The notes: generated by a model not told the origin, from the letters alone. DNA of 64,000 nucleotides from Chiloscyllium plagiosum (GCF_004010195.1 NC_057719.1:85380923-85444922), one strand, 5' to 3'; positions 1-13,769 are shown, counted from the first letter of the stretch. Made by a program: numbers and translations.

Positions 1-845
1 AACAATTTCAGTAGGTGAGGAGAGTGGGCAAACAGTGGCAGATGGAGTACAATATGGCAAAGTGCGAGGTCATGCACTTTGGTAGGAAGAATAGACTATT
101 TTATAAATTGGGAGCAAATTCAGAAATCTGAAATGCAAAGACACTTGGGAGCCCTATTCCAGGATTCTCTCAAGGTAAACTTGCAGGTTGAGTCCGTAGT
201 TAGGAAGGCAAATGCAATATGGCACTTATTTTGAGAGGACGAATATAAAAGCAGGGATGTAGTTCTGAGGCTTTATAAGGCTCTGGTCAGACCACATTTG
301 GCGTATTGTATGCAGTTTGGGCCCCATATCTCAGGAAGGATGTACTGGCCCTGGAGCATGTTCAGAGGAGGTTCATGAGAATGGTTCCAGGAATGAAAAG
401 CTTAACATATGAGGAATGTTTCAGGATTCTGGATCTATACTCGATGGAGTTTAGAAGGATGAGGGGGGACTCTAAATACAACACACAGAAGACTGATGGC
501 CTGGACAGAGTAGATGTTGGGAAGATGTTTCCGTTGGTAGGAGAGGCGAGGTACTGCGGACACAGTCTTACAGTAAAAGGAAGACATTTTAGAATGGAGA
601 GAAGGAGAAACTTCTTCAGCCAGAGAGTGGTGAATCTATAGAATTCACTTCCACAAAAGGCTGTGGAGACCAGGTCATTAAGTATATTTAAGAATGAGAT
701 AGATAGGCTCTTGAGTGTCAAGGAGATCAAGGGTTAGGGGGAGAAAGTGGGAAAGTGGGGTTGAGAAACATATCAGCCATGACTGAGCAGACTTGATGGA
801 CTGAATGGCCTAAACTGTGCTCCTATATCTTATGGTCTTATTCAG
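1..845 (+). mobile_element. CR1 LINE, decayed 3' part of ORF2 plus 3' end
   Basis: ORF 306-641 (WAPYLRKDVLALEHVQRRF...RNFFSQRVVNL) is the CR1 ORF2 C-terminus, followed by a short repeat tail. Confidence 0.9.
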
Positions 846-952
846 GTGAAAGATAGCACACCCTGGACTATCCAGTGCTGTGACAGCTCAAGCCTTTGGT
901 GCTTAATCTGTCACCTCAATCTACTTGCACTGCTTTTTCCAATTGTACATAC

Positions 953-1040
953 CAAGCTTTACTTTCTTTCTCTTGCTGTCGAGTTTCTGGTTCCTCTCTG
1001 CTGCCTGCTTTTTCGCTTTTCTGATTTTATCATAGGCTGC
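953..1040 (-). CDS. DNAJC17: DNAJC17 coding exon 4 ([29 protein letters not shown])
   Basis: Acceptor ttcttccacttcaag and donor TTG|GTATGT. 88 nt, in frame. Matches recalled human [29 protein letters not shown]. The gene continues past the left edge of the window. Confidence 0.95.
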
Positions 1041-1191
1041 CTTGAAGTGGAAGAAAATTGAGAGAGTTAATTTGCCCATCACAGATACCTACAAGAGATG
1101 TGACCTTAGACTTGATTTGGAGATGCTGGTGTAGGACTGGGGCATACAAAATCAAAAATCACACAACACCAGGTTATAGTCCAGTTTACAG

Positions 1192-1316
1192 TGTTTACAG
1201 TTGGAAAAGGCAACCCTTCAGGATAAGAACATGTGTGCACCAAACCCGATATTGATGTTCAGGGCATATCACATGGCTGTGCTGAAAGCCAGATGGTTTG
1301 GTTTGGAACTCCAGTT
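1192..1316 (+). repeat. 125-bp local direct duplication of 2058-2182
   Basis: Direct comparison shows 3 mismatches in 125 nt. Confidence 0.95.
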
Positions 1317-3780
1317 ATCAGCCCTACCCCTGTTTATTGCACCTTTATCCAGATTTAACTCCATTTGCCATTTTTCAGACTATTCACTCATTTGATCAAG
1401 ATCCCTTGGTAATCTTAGATAACCTTCTTCAGCACCACATTTTTCAACTCTAACCTTCTTCACTGTCTACTATGCCACTAATTTTGGTGTTGTCTGCAAA
1501 CTTACTAACTGTGCCTGCTATATTCTCATCCAAATCATTTATATAAATTACATCTGAAGTATTCTCCTTTGCTGGCACCCCACGATTCAATGGTACACTT
1601 CCAGCATCTTTGATCTAATTTTACATGGGTCCCAAAAGCCAGTGGAGGTAGTGCCAAACATGGGTCTCCACCTCATTTGCCCTTCTAAAGAATTAGAAGA
1701 ACAAAGCAGGGAAAGTAATGCTCATGGTCTTGGCTTCAGTTCTGCTTTCGCACTGCACAAAAAAATGATAGCAGAATGCCATCAGAAATAAGATTTAAGT
1801 TGAGAAACCTACACCAATAGTTTTGCATTCAGTACACAGGGTTTGTTATGGCTGGTTTGAATACATCCAGTGCTCAATATTGAGACTGGAAAGAAGATAA
1901 ATCAGCAGCAGCAAAAAAACAGAACAAAGACAGTGACTGCAGGCTGTCCTGTGAGAAAGCAAATCTGTTGACGATTAAGGTGTTTAGGAGAAAGGCGAGA
2001 AAGTGGCAACTCCTGTTGTGGTGTTAGACCTTGGGGAATGGACAGCATGGCAGCAATTGTTTACAGTTGGAAAAGGCAACCCTTCAGGATCAGAAGATGT
2101 GTGCACCAAACCCGATATTGATGTTCAGGGCATATCACATAGCTGTGCTGAAAGCCAGATGGTTTGGTTTGGAACTCCAGTTCAGTTTCAGAATGGGAAA
2201 GCAAAATCAATTACATAATATGCAATAATGTAACAATGGAATAGGCTTTAACAAAGTGAGATAAACTAAACTCTGTTTAGTTGGGTTAAAGCATAAATAT
2301 AGCTTCTTTTTGTCTCTTTCCATCTGTAGGTGATGGGGTACAGCTCCACAGATACCAACTTGAACACAGCACCTCAACCTGGTGTTATTCATATTTTTGA
2401 GCATGGACAGAGTGATCATTGGCAAACTTGCCAGATTACGCAAAGCAGTACTGACAAGTACTTCAGTTCTGAAGAACAGTCTGATGGGACTTGAACCGTT
2501 AACTCCTGCTTTTCTCTCCACAGATGCTGCCAGATCTGCTGACTTTCTCCAGCAATTTCTGGTTTTGTTTCAGCTTAGTTCAAAGATGATATCAAACTTG
2601 GGATCTTCTGGTTTGTACAGATGAGCACCACACCACATCGCATATTTATTCACCGAATAGTCAGAAGTATAAAAATCTACAATGGTTAACACCCCAGCAA
2701 AGGAACAGGTTCTCTAAACCAATTTCAATTCTACATCTGAATCCCATATGACAGGACTCATTTTCCTTAAATCAGGAGTTGGCACTCAGTCTCACAATAA
2801 ATGATAATTGGGCATTCTGTGTGAAGATGTACTTTCTGTTTTGGGAAGAAACATCAATGAAAACAAAATGAGAGCAGCTGTTAAGAGGAAATTAGTGCAG
2901 GCTTTATATTGATGCCAATTTGCAACAAAATATCTGCTGAAAACATTTTTTAAAGTTTGTTGCTTCTCCACTAGGAAAGAACTGGCAAACAACCGTAAAT
3001 ATTATTCTTGTAACCAACGTCTGGTGTAAATTATAGCCCATTTTATTCATCAATTGTGGTACATACAGCCTTGAAAGATGCAATATAATGTTTGAAAAAT
3101 GCAGCATGAAGAATTAAGAACAAACACTCAATTTACAGGATGCTAAATTGAAACCATCTGCCTCAACATCTATTCAACAAGAATATGAGGAAAGACTGTA
3201 AATTGGAAGCTTACTCAAAGGTCACTGGATGGTCAACGTGTCAAATGGGAACACATCACATTGGTGCTGTGCCAATACTCTCCTGGGTAGTAAGCAGTTT
3301 ACTCGATATCAAAGAGATATTGGTTTGAAATTTCTGGCTATAGAGGGACTTTTACTATATCTATCGAAAGCTGACCTGATTTCTTAATGGCTAAAGGGGC
3401 AGCATTGAGAGTTCATTGAACATTTACACAGGGAAGGTTTGATGGGACAACATATTTGGAGCTTTGCAACACATCGATCCTATGTTGTCTATGGCTTAGG
3501 AGTGTTTTGGGATAATTAAATTAGGAAAGCTCCTTAGTATCAATTATCAACTTGAAACAAAAAGATAGTTCCCTTAACCACAATAACCTACCACAACTGC
3601 TCAAAAAATATCTAGTTACAGCTGGAGAAAAGTGATGGTCACTGAAGATAGATTCAGTCTATCAGAGAAAATGTCTGATCGCAAAGTGAAGTACTACAGA
3701 AGCAGCATTGTTACTGCAGAAAGTTATCAGGTCAGGAAGGTGTTCCAATAACGTGAGGAATATGCAATTAAGAATCTTAC

Positions 3781-3839
3781 CTTTGCAGCTGCATCTGTCA
3801 GAACTTCCAGCGCCTGGGATAACTGATGGAACAATTCCA
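3781..3839 (-). CDS. DNAJC17: DNAJC17 coding exon 3 ((V)ELFHQLSQALEVLTDAAAK)
   Basis: Acceptor ttttgtag and donor AAG|GTAAGA. 59 nt. The phase-1 start matches the end of exon 2, and the peptide continues J-domain helix III. Confidence 0.96.
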
Positions 3840-5429
3840 CTACAAAATTCAGAAAAATAAAGAATGAACATAAGAGGAGCAAGTCTTAACTGTAGTACAA
3901 AATGCAATGCACGTAGGATTGATTAAATTTTCAAAACTGCGGCTACTGAATTTGCTAAACATGTTAATGAATACAAAGCAAAGGAAGGTCAATGGAGTTT
4001 CGATCAGCCATAATTAAACTTAATGATGGGTCAAACTCAAGGAACATAACGAGATGTTACGGAATAAAATGAGGAGTCTTTCCTGCACATAAACCAGAAC
4101 CCGAGGACTTATGGTTCTGTACTAGCAACCCATTTTCTGCGATTACATCCTACCAATGTTAGCTTGGGAAACTAGATTAAAGAAATCTGGTATCTGGCCT
4201 AACAACTGAAAATGAGCTTGAAACCTGTTGGATTGTTGCTAGGAATCCAGAGTTGGTTCAAGGAACAGAATCTGCCATCTCCATCAAATCTGTACATGAC
4301 TGATATTGAGCATACGTATGAACATATGAGTTAGGAACATGAGTACATCACCTGGCACCTCAAGCCTGTTTAATTTGATAAGATCTTACCGGAGACTGTG
4401 GCCTCAACTCTACTTTTGTGTCCATCTCCATGACCCTCAACTCACTTGTCCGTCAAGAATGTGACTCAGCCTCAAAAGATATTCACTAGCTATGCCTCCA
4501 TGACAGGAAAAGGAAAATACTAACAACCTTTTCACAGTAAGAAATTGCTCCTTCTCTTTATCTTAAATGGGACTCTCCTTGTTTCAAACTATGCACCCTA
4601 ACTCTAGTTCCTCCCACCAGGGAAATCATCCTCTCAGCATTCAAGTCACATTAGGATTTATAATGGTTCAAGAAGATTACCCCTGTTCTTCTAACTCCAG
4701 GCCTGCTTTTTCTGTCTTTCCTAATAAACATATGGACATGAGAACAAGGAACAACAGTAGGCATGTGGCCCTTCAAACCTGCTCCACCACTGAATACGAT
4801 CACGGTTAATCTGAATTTAACCTCAACTCAACATGCCTGCATATCCCCAATAGTCTTTCATCCAATTGGTAATCAAGAATCTATTTATCTCTGCCTTCAA
4901 AACATTTGAAGATTCTGCAAGAATCCTCTTTTGAGGAATGGGATTCTGTCAACCTGTTCTAGATTGCCCACAAAGGAACATCTTTTCTCCACTCACCTGA
5001 TCAATTTCCCTCAGGATCGTACTTGTTATAATTAAGAAACATCTGACTCTTCTAAATTCCAGAGGATAGGCCTAGCCTGTCAAACCTTTCCTGATAAAGC
5101 AATCTGCTATTCCAGGTGTTCGTCTGGGAAACCTTCTCTGAACTGTTTCCAATCTGTTAATGTCCTTCTGTAAGTACAGTGACTTATACTCTACACAGTA
5201 CTCCAGGTGTGCTCTCAACTCCTATAACACTGGAGTTATAATCTCCCAACTTTTCCATTCAATTCCCCTCACAATAAAACAACTTTCCATTAGTTTGCCT
5301 GAGGACTTGCTGTATCTGCATATGAACCTTCTGTGATTAATGCAATAGGGCACCCAACTTTTATTTTCCACAATAACCTTTGATGTGGCATCTTATCAAA
5401 AACCTCAGGATATAAAAAATCCTTCATAT

Positions 5430-5995
5430 GAGGAATTAGTAAAGTTAATCTTCTGGATGCAGGTTTGCTCGCTGAGCTGGAAGGTTTGTTTTCAGACATT
5501 TCGTCACCATACTGGGTATCATCATCAGTGAGCCTCCGGTTGAAGCACAGGTGGTATGGCCTGCTTTTTATTTCTGTTTAGGTTTCCTTGGGTTGGTTAT
5601 GTCATTTCCTGTTCTTTTTCTCAGGGGGTAGTAAATAGGACCCAAGTCAATGAGTTTGTTGATAGAGCTCCAGTTGGAATGCCATGCTTCTCAGAATTCT
5701 CGCAAGTATCTCTGTTTAGCTTGTCCTAGGATGGATATGTTGTCCAGTCGAAGTGGTGTCCTTCCTCATCTGTATGGAAAGATACTAGTGATAATGGGTC
5801 ATATCTTTTTGTGGCTAGTTGATGTTCATGTATCCTGATGGCTAGTTTTCTGCCTGTTTGTCAAATGTAGGGTTTGTTACAGTTCTTGCAAGATATTTTG
5901 TAAATGATATTAATTTTGCTTGTTGTCTGTATAGGGTCTTTCAAGTTCATTAGCTGCTGTTTTAGTGTGTTGGTGGGTTTGTGGGCTGCCCTCAC
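5430..5995 (-). mobile_element. Penelope-like element 3' end (GIY-YIG remnant plus terminal repeat with hammerhead motif)
   Basis: The minus strand reads ...NIIYKISCKNCNKPYI*QTGRKLAIRIHEHQLATK... (GIY-YIG). The terminal repeat contains CTGATGA...GAAA at 5528-5499. Confidence 0.85.
5492..5531 (-). ncRNA. Minimal type I hammerhead ribozyme motif (near-intact), sense to DNAJC17 intron 2
   Basis: UCA-CUGAUGA-U-GAUACC-cagUAU-GGUGAC-GAAA-U-GUC-UGA. Stem I is UCA/UGA, stem II has one mismatch, and the cleavage triplet is GUC. Confidence 0.6.
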
Positions 5996-7219
5996 GAAGA
6001 CCCTATACACTACAGTGAAATTCCCCTACGTTAAGATTCCATTCTCTTTGCAATAAACAATATAACTTAATTTGCCTTCCTAATCACTTGCTGTATCTTG
6101 TACCAGTAAGTCCAGATCCCTCAGTACACAAGTTCTGCAATCTCAATTCGTTTAAATAGCATACTTTTCAATTCTTCCTGCTGAAGTGCACAAGCTCACA
6201 ATTTCTCACATTATACTCCATCTGTGAAATTTTTGCCAGTCAACTTAAGCCAACATTGCCTCTTCGCAGACTGCTTATGTCCTCATTACAAACTACCATC
6301 CTACCTATCTTAATCCCTGCTTCTTGTTGGCAAAACAATTCTTTATATGTACATTACTCCCTTTATCATGAGCTCTTATTTTGTGCAGTAATCTTTGAAG
6401 TTGAACCTTACCAAATGTCTTTTGAAAATCACTCTTTATTCATGTTGCTTGTTACGTCCTGAAAAAAGCTAATAAATTAGTCAAACCCTGTTTTGCTTTC
6501 ACAAAATCATGTTGACTCTGCCGAATGCTTTAAGATTTTCTAAGCGCCTGATCTATTTTCCTTAATAATAGATTCCAACATTCCCCTTACGAAAGATAAG
6601 CTAACTAGCTTTTTTGTCTCCTTCCTTTTTGAAAAGTGGACCTACATTTGCTACTTTCCAATCCGATGGATTCTCTGCAGAACCCAAGGAATACAACCAA
6701 TGCAGCTACTCTCTCAGCAGCCACTTTTTTTTAAAACCCTGTGATGCAGGTTCTGAGAACATTCGGCCATCTATATTAGTAGTTTTCTCAATACTCTTGC
6801 CCTGTCGCCCACTGCCTTCAGAATCTCCGATTTCAACCACAACCTTCTCAAAGCAAAAATGGGCATGAACAATAATTCTGGCCTTCCCAGAACTGCTTAA
6901 TTAAGAACCAAAAAAAATTAGCAGATTTGCCATCCTTCTGAATAATATACAAGAACTAGAAGCTGTGAAATATTGAAAAGATGTAATAAAAGTTGTTACT
7001 GTATCAAATATTTTTTCTTCATCCAAAATTGACTCACTTAGATACCTCAAGTTATTATCTCCCATGTTCAGCAGTTCCTCAACAGACTCATTAACGCTCA
7101 CTAAAAGCATGGATGCCATATTCTCATCCATCCTAATAACCTCTGATTCACCTGTCTAACAAGAATTTATCCAGGTCTGTCTTCAAAATATTCAGTGACC
7201 TCGCCTCCACTGCCTTCAA

Positions 7220-8424
7220 AGAATCCCTACAGTATGGAAATAGGCCATTTGGCCCAACAAGTCCATACCGACCCTCTGAAGAGTAACCCATCCAGAACCA
7301 TTCCCCTACCCTATTACTCTACATTTAGAACATAGAACATAGAAGAATACAGCGCAGTACAGGCCCTTTGGCCCTCGATGTTGCGCCGATCCAAGCCCAC
7401 CTAACCTATACTAACCTACTATCCTCCATATACCTATCCAATGCCCTCTTAAATGCCCATAAAGAGAGAGAGTCCACCACTGCTGCTGGCCGGGCATTCC
7501 ATGAACTTACGACTCGCTGAGTGGAGAACCTACCCCTAACTTCAGTCCTATATCTACACCCCCTTACTTTAAAGCTATGCCCCCTTGTAATACCCGCCTC
7601 CATACGCGGGAAAAGGTTCACACTGTCAACCCTATCTAATCCCCTAATCATCTTGTACACCTCAATCAAGTCACCCGTAAACCTTCTTTTCTCTAGTGAA
7701 AACAGCCCCAAGTGCCTCAGTCTTTCCTCATACGATTTTCCTTCCATACCAGGCAACATCCTGGTAAACCTCCTCTGCACCCGTTCCAATGTCTCCCCAT
7801 CCTTCCTATAGTATGGCGACCAAAACTGCACACAATATTCCAGATGCGGCCGTACCAGAGTCTTATACAACTGCATCATGACCTCAGGACTCCGGAACTC
7901 AATTCCTCTACCAATAAAAGCCAGTACGCCATATGCCTTCCTCACCGCACTATTTACCTGGGTGGCAACTTTCAGAGATCTGTGTACATGGACACCAAGA
8001 TCCCTCTGCTCATTCACACTACCAAGTATCCGACCATTAGCCCCGTACCCCATCTTTTTGTTATTCTTCCCAAAGTGAATCACCTCACATTTAGCTACAT
8101 TGAATTCCATTTGCCACCTTTCTGCCCAGCTCTGCAGCTTCTCTATATCCTGCTGTAACCTGCCACATCCTTCCTCACTGTCAACAACTCCTCCGACTTT
8201 CGTATCATCCCTAACTAATGCACCTACACATCCCTGAACACTATGGGCAATTTAGCATGGCCAATTCACCTAACCTGCACGTTTTTGGACTGTGGGAGGA
8301 AACCTGAGCATCCGGAGGAAATCCACACTGACACGGGAAGAACGTGCAAATTCTAGACAGTCGCCCAAGGCTGGAATCGAACCCGGGTGCCCGGCGCTGT
8401 GCTCACCACTGAGCCACCGTGCCG
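7220..8424 (-). mobile_element. HE1-type tRNA-derived V-SINE, split by the CR1 insertion (head 8211-8424, tail 7220-7326)
   Basis: tRNA-like head GGCACGGTGGCTCAGTGG...GGTTCGATTCC. The body is shared with the copies at 31689, 32193, 35770, 43264 and 44555. Confidence 0.85.
7327..8210 (-). mobile_element. Young CR1 LINE 3' fragment inserted into an HE1-type SINE
   Basis: Uninterrupted 234-aa ORF 7406-8110 (KCEVIHFG...RPHLEYCVQFWSP...) and an (ATGTTCT)n-type tail. Confidence 0.93.
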
Positions 8425-10149
8425 ATCCCCCCACCTTCTGAGGCAGAGAGTGCCAAAGTTGAGAGAGAGAGAAAAAAAAACTCTTCTGACCTGAAAAAGT
8501 GTGACTCTTAACTTTAAAGTAATGCATTCTGGACTGAAACACAAGATGAAATGTCTTTTCCATATCCTCTTTGTCAAGATCATTCAGAATCTTATACTTA
8601 AATAAAGCTACCTCTCACTCTTCTAAAACTCAAGTGAAAACAAAACCCAACCTGTCCAATTTAACCTCACAAGATAACCTACTTATTCCTGGCTGAAATC
8701 TAGTATGCCTCCTCTGAAATGTCTCCAATACATTTATACGCTTCCTTAAACAAGGAGACCACAGCTTCACACAGTATTCGAGCTGTGATCTTCCACTGAG
8801 CCTGTTAGAAGCAAATGCTGGAGAGAAGCAACTTGTGATTAAAGCAACAAGGTGAATGGCAGCAGAAATAAAGTTGGAGATGACAAAGGTTTTTGGTGGT
8901 ATGATAGAGTGATATGGGATAAAGTTAGCTGGGGTGGGGGAGGGATGTGGTTACTGTTGAGGGAAATGGCAAAGTGAGGCTAATGGACTGAGGAGAGAGG
9001 CCACTGAGGGAGGATTGGGGCTGAGGCCAAGACCCAGAGAATGAGGCTGGCGGCCAAGTACAGGAGCTGGAGGGAAAGCAAGGTGCAAAGGGGATAAGGG
9101 GCTGCAAATGTGGCTTCGAAAGCAGGGAGACAGAACTGCAAAGTGTGAAGAGGGAACTGCAAATGGGGAGAATAGTTTTACACTTTTCAATGAAAGACTA
9201 CTCAGCTCACTGAGAACAGAAAAAAAAGTAACAAACTGCTTGCAAGTTAATATGGAGTCTCTTAAGCTGGCTTTCAATAAAACATTGAGAATGCTTTTGT
9301 AATGACATGTATAGCTTAATAATCAGTAGCTATATTTCATATACATGTGTAGCTGCATGTTATGACACCTCAAAGCAACATACATAGCATGAATTACATC
9401 AGCTGGAGCAGCTTAATTAAAGATAATCTATTTAGCTATGACCTCAGCAGTTTAGAGAAAGCATGTTTTAGATGATGCTTTTTGTGTCCAGAAGTGTGAA
9501 TTGTTTCTTTTTGAAGAAAGGTCTTTGTCGCTAACATTACCTACTGTCTTGTATTGATTTAAATACTATTGCGTCTAGGAAATTGATGCTTCCTTGTGTA
9601 ATGTATCTTTAAGTTTAATGCAGCTATGAAGATTATTGAGAGTATTGATGAATTCTTCTAATTCTGCTTCTTAGACAGATCGAAATCCCATTTATCAACG
9701 ACAAATAAAGGCTGCTGGAAGGCTGCATAATCTAATGGAGGAGTCAATTGGATTGAAAAGGGAGCTCCTGAAAACCAAGGATTGCCCTCAAGTACTCTTA
9801 AAAATGCCCTCAAAAACATTTAACTGAGGTGGAATGAGAACAAGACAATCTGCAATTACATGGGACCTTTAATGCATGAAAACAGCCCATATCATCAAAT
9901 TATAAACTTAATTACAGCATCTGATTTGTAGCATGGGCAGCTCTTTTGATTTTTCAATAGATTATAAATTTGACTCTGACAAAAATGGTTTATTAGCCTT
10001 CCTGATACATTCTGCTTTTACTCAAAGGAGGATGTAAGGAGCAAAAGAAAAATGTAGCGCTGAGGAGACATTCATTAGGGATATTCCCGAGTTCACCCCA
10101 CCTAGGTGGCTGATCCTAGGTGGGGTGAAAGTTTTCTTTTCTTCTTACA

Positions 10150-12260
10150 GAGTGAGAGTGCCACTGGCTAGGCCAGCATTTGTTGTACTTCCCTAATTGC
10201 CCCTGAAAAGGTGGCAGTGAGCACCTTATTGAATCACCGATGTTCATCTGATGCATTTATACCCACAGTGCTGTTAGGTACAGAGATCCAGGATATGACA
10301 GGAGACGATGACAGAACACAATATATTTCCAAGTCAGGATGGTGTGTGGTTTGGATAGGATCATAGAACAGTACAGCACTGGAACAGACCCTTCGGCCCC
10401 AATGGTGGCATTCTAAACTAACCTCATCTACCTGCAAATAGTCCTTATCCCTCTATTTCCTGCCTCTTTATATGTCTGTTAAATGACTCTTAGAAGTTGT
10501 TATTCTATCTGCTTATACCACCACCCCTGGCAGTGTGTTCCAGGCAACTACCATTCATTGTGTAAAAAGCTTGCTTCCATAATTTTCTATACTTCCATCA
10601 GGTTGTCCCTCAGCCTCTGACACTCTCGTGAAAACAATTCAAGTTTGTCCAACCTCTCCTTTTTGCTAATAACTCTAAATCCACGCAACATCCTGGCCAA
10701 CCTCTTCGCCATCCTCTCCAGAGCCTCTACATCTTTCTTATAGTGTGGTGACCAGACTTCACACAAAACTCCTAATGTGACCTAAGTAAAGCTTTATAGA
10801 GTTGCACTATGATGTTCCCATGCATTTGCTGCTCTCATCCTTTGGGGTAGTAGCAGTCACAGGATGGGAAAGTTGTTGAAGGAGCCTCGAACTGTTGCAA
10901 TGAGTGCATCTTATATATTACATACAGTGCTTGCACTGTGTCTTGGTGGTGGAGGGAGTGAATGTTTAAAGTTGTGGACAAGGTGTTGATCAAGCAAGCT
11001 ACTTTGCCCTGCATAGTTGCTTGTTGCAGCTGCATCCATCTTGACAAATGGGGAGTATTTCAACACATTTCTGACTGGAAGGATGTTGTGAAACTTGAAA
11101 GGGTTCAGAAAAGATTTATAAGGATTTTGCCAGGGGTGGAGGATTTGAGCTATAGGGAGAGGCTGAATAGGCTGGGGCTGTTTTCCCTGGAGTGAAGGCT
11201 GAGGGGTGACCTCAGAGGTTTATAAAATCATGAGGGGCATGGATAGGATAAATAGACAAGGTCTTTTCCTCGGGGAGTCTAGAACTAGAGGGCATAGGTT
11301 TAGGGTGAGAAGGGAAAGATATAAAAGGGACTTAAGGGCAACTTTTTCACACAGAGGGTGTTGCGTGTATGGAATGAGCTGCCAGAGAAAGTGGTGGAGG
11401 CTGGTACAATTACAACATTTAAAAGGCATCTGGTTGGGTATATGAGTAGGAAGGATTTGGAGGGATATGGGCCAAGTGCTGGCCAATGGTACTAGATTAG
11501 GTTGGGATATCTGGTCAGCATGGACGAGTTGGAATGAAGGGTCTGTTTCTGTGGTGTACATCTCTAGATGGCAGACAGGCATCTGGTGAGTTACCCATTG
11601 CAGAATTCGTAGACTCAGACCTTCACTTATAATCACTGTACTCAGGTTTTTGGACCAGTTAAGTCTCTGATCAATGCTATGCCCAAAATGTTGTAAGTGG
11701 GGATTCAATAATAGGAATATTATTGAAAGTTCAGGGGAGGATGGTTAAATTCTTGTGTTAGATGGTCATTTCTTGTCACTGGTGTGATACCAATGTTACT
11801 TGTCACTTTTCAGTTCAAGCCTGAATGTTGTCCAGATTTTGCTAAACAATGGACATGAAGTGGAGTTGCAAATGGTACTAAAATTGTGCAATCATCAGTA
11901 TGGTGAACATTCCTATTTGACCTAACGGCAGAGTTAAAATCATTGAAGAAACAGTTGAAGATGGTTGGGCATCAGACAGTACACTGCCAAGCTTGCCTCC
12001 ATTCTCTCCCTCATCTTTGATGGTCTGCATTCCACTTCATGGACTCTGAATGCAAATTAATCAATTTGAAAATTACTGATGGTGCTTAATAGATGGAAAA
12101 ATACCATAGGTGATTTGGTGATGAGGGTGCAGGGGGAAATTTCAGTTGTCTGTGTAAGAGCACTTCTAGTGAAAAATAACAAGCTCATTCATTGGTATGC
12201 TGGGACTGAGATGATAGTCCTCCAATGACCACAGCTGTCATCCTTTGTTCTAGGTCTGAC
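10150..12260 (-). mobile_element. Old decayed LINE containing two younger CR1 insertions (about 10360-10810 minus, about 11075-11567 plus)
   Basis: Sequence is shared with the old-LINE fragments at 43790-44520 and 55985-56790. ORFs 10962 and 11206 are CR1 C-termini. Confidence 0.7.
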
Positions 12261-12394
12261 TTGAGCCAATGGATATGGCCACTCTCTTGTCAAACAGCAG
12301 ATGGGAGAGGGCAATCTGTGGGACTAATTTCCCAATTTCAAAACTTGTCCCAGATATTAGTAGGTGTATTTGGCATGGACTGAGTAGCACTCAG

Positions 12395-13740
12395 AACATA
12401 GAACAGTACAGGCCCTTCGGCCCTCAATGTTATGCCGAACTTTTATCCTACTGCAAGATCAAACTAAGCTACATACCCTTCATTTTATGATCATCCATGT
12501 GTCTATCCAAGAGGCAGTTAAATGTCCCTAATGTATCTGACTCTACCATCACCACTAGCAGAGCATTTCATGCACCCACCACTCTCTGTGCATAGAACCA
12601 ACCTCTGACATCTCCCTACAAGCTTCCTTCAATCATCTTAAATTTATGCCCCCTTGTGATAGATATTTTTGCCCTGGGAAAAAGTCTCTACCCACTCTAC
12701 CTGTGCCTCATCATCTTGTACATCTCTATCAAGTCACCGCTCACAGCTCTTTGCTACAATAAGAAAAGCTCTAGCTCCCTCAACCTTTCTTCATAAGACA
12801 TGCCCTCCAGTTCGGGTAAAATCCTGGTAAGTCTCCTCTCTACTCTCTCTAATGCATTCACATCTTTCCTATAATGAGGCGACCAGAACGGAACACAACA
12901 TTTGAAGTATGGTCTAACCAGGTCTCCATAGAGCTGCAGCATAACCTCACAGCTCTTAAACTCAATCTTTCTGCTAATGAAAGCCAACACACCATACACC
13001 TTCTTATCAACCCTATCATCTTGGGTGGCAGCTTTGAGGGATCTATGGACGTGGACCCCAAGATCCCGCTGATCCTCCACAATGCCAAGAATCCTACCTT
13101 TAAGCCTGTAATGTGCATCCAATGTGAATCACTTCACTCTTTTCCAGGTTGAACACCAACTGCCACTTCTCAGCCCAGTTCTGCATCCTGTCAATGTCCC
13201 ATTCTAACCTACAAAAGCCCTCCACCAACCTTTGTGTCATCAGCAAACTTACTAACCCACTTTTCCACTTCTGCATCCAAGCCATTTATAAAAATCACAA
13301 AGAGCAGAGGTCCAAAAATAAATCCCTGCAGAACACCACTGGTCACCGAGCTCCACCACTTTCCATCTACTATCACTCTCTGTCTTCTATGGGCCAGCCA
13401 ATTCTGTATCCAGACAGACAAATTTCCCTCAATCCCATGCCTCCTTACTTTCATAATGAGCCTACCATGGGGAACCTTATCAAATGTCTTGCTAAGATCC
13501 ATAAACATCACATTCGCTGCTCTACCTTCATCATGCGTTTTGTCACATCCTCAAAGAATTCAATAAGGCTTGTGAGGCATGACCTGCCCTCACAAAGCCA
13601 TGCTGACTAATCAGACTATGCTTTTCCAAATAATCATAAATCCGGTCTCTCAGAATCCTCTCCAATACTTTATCCACCACAGACGTAAGATTGACTGGTC
13701 TGTAATTCCCAAGATTATTCCTCTTCCCTTTCTTGTAACA
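12395..13740 (-). mobile_element. CR1 LINE RT and 3' end, frameshifted
   Basis: Peptide blocks NYRPVNLTSVV, DLSKTFDKVPH, SGVLQG..GPLLF and KFADDTKVG. Confidence 0.92.
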
Positions 13741-13769
13741 CATTGTTGTAATTGTAATCTCTTGTTTTG

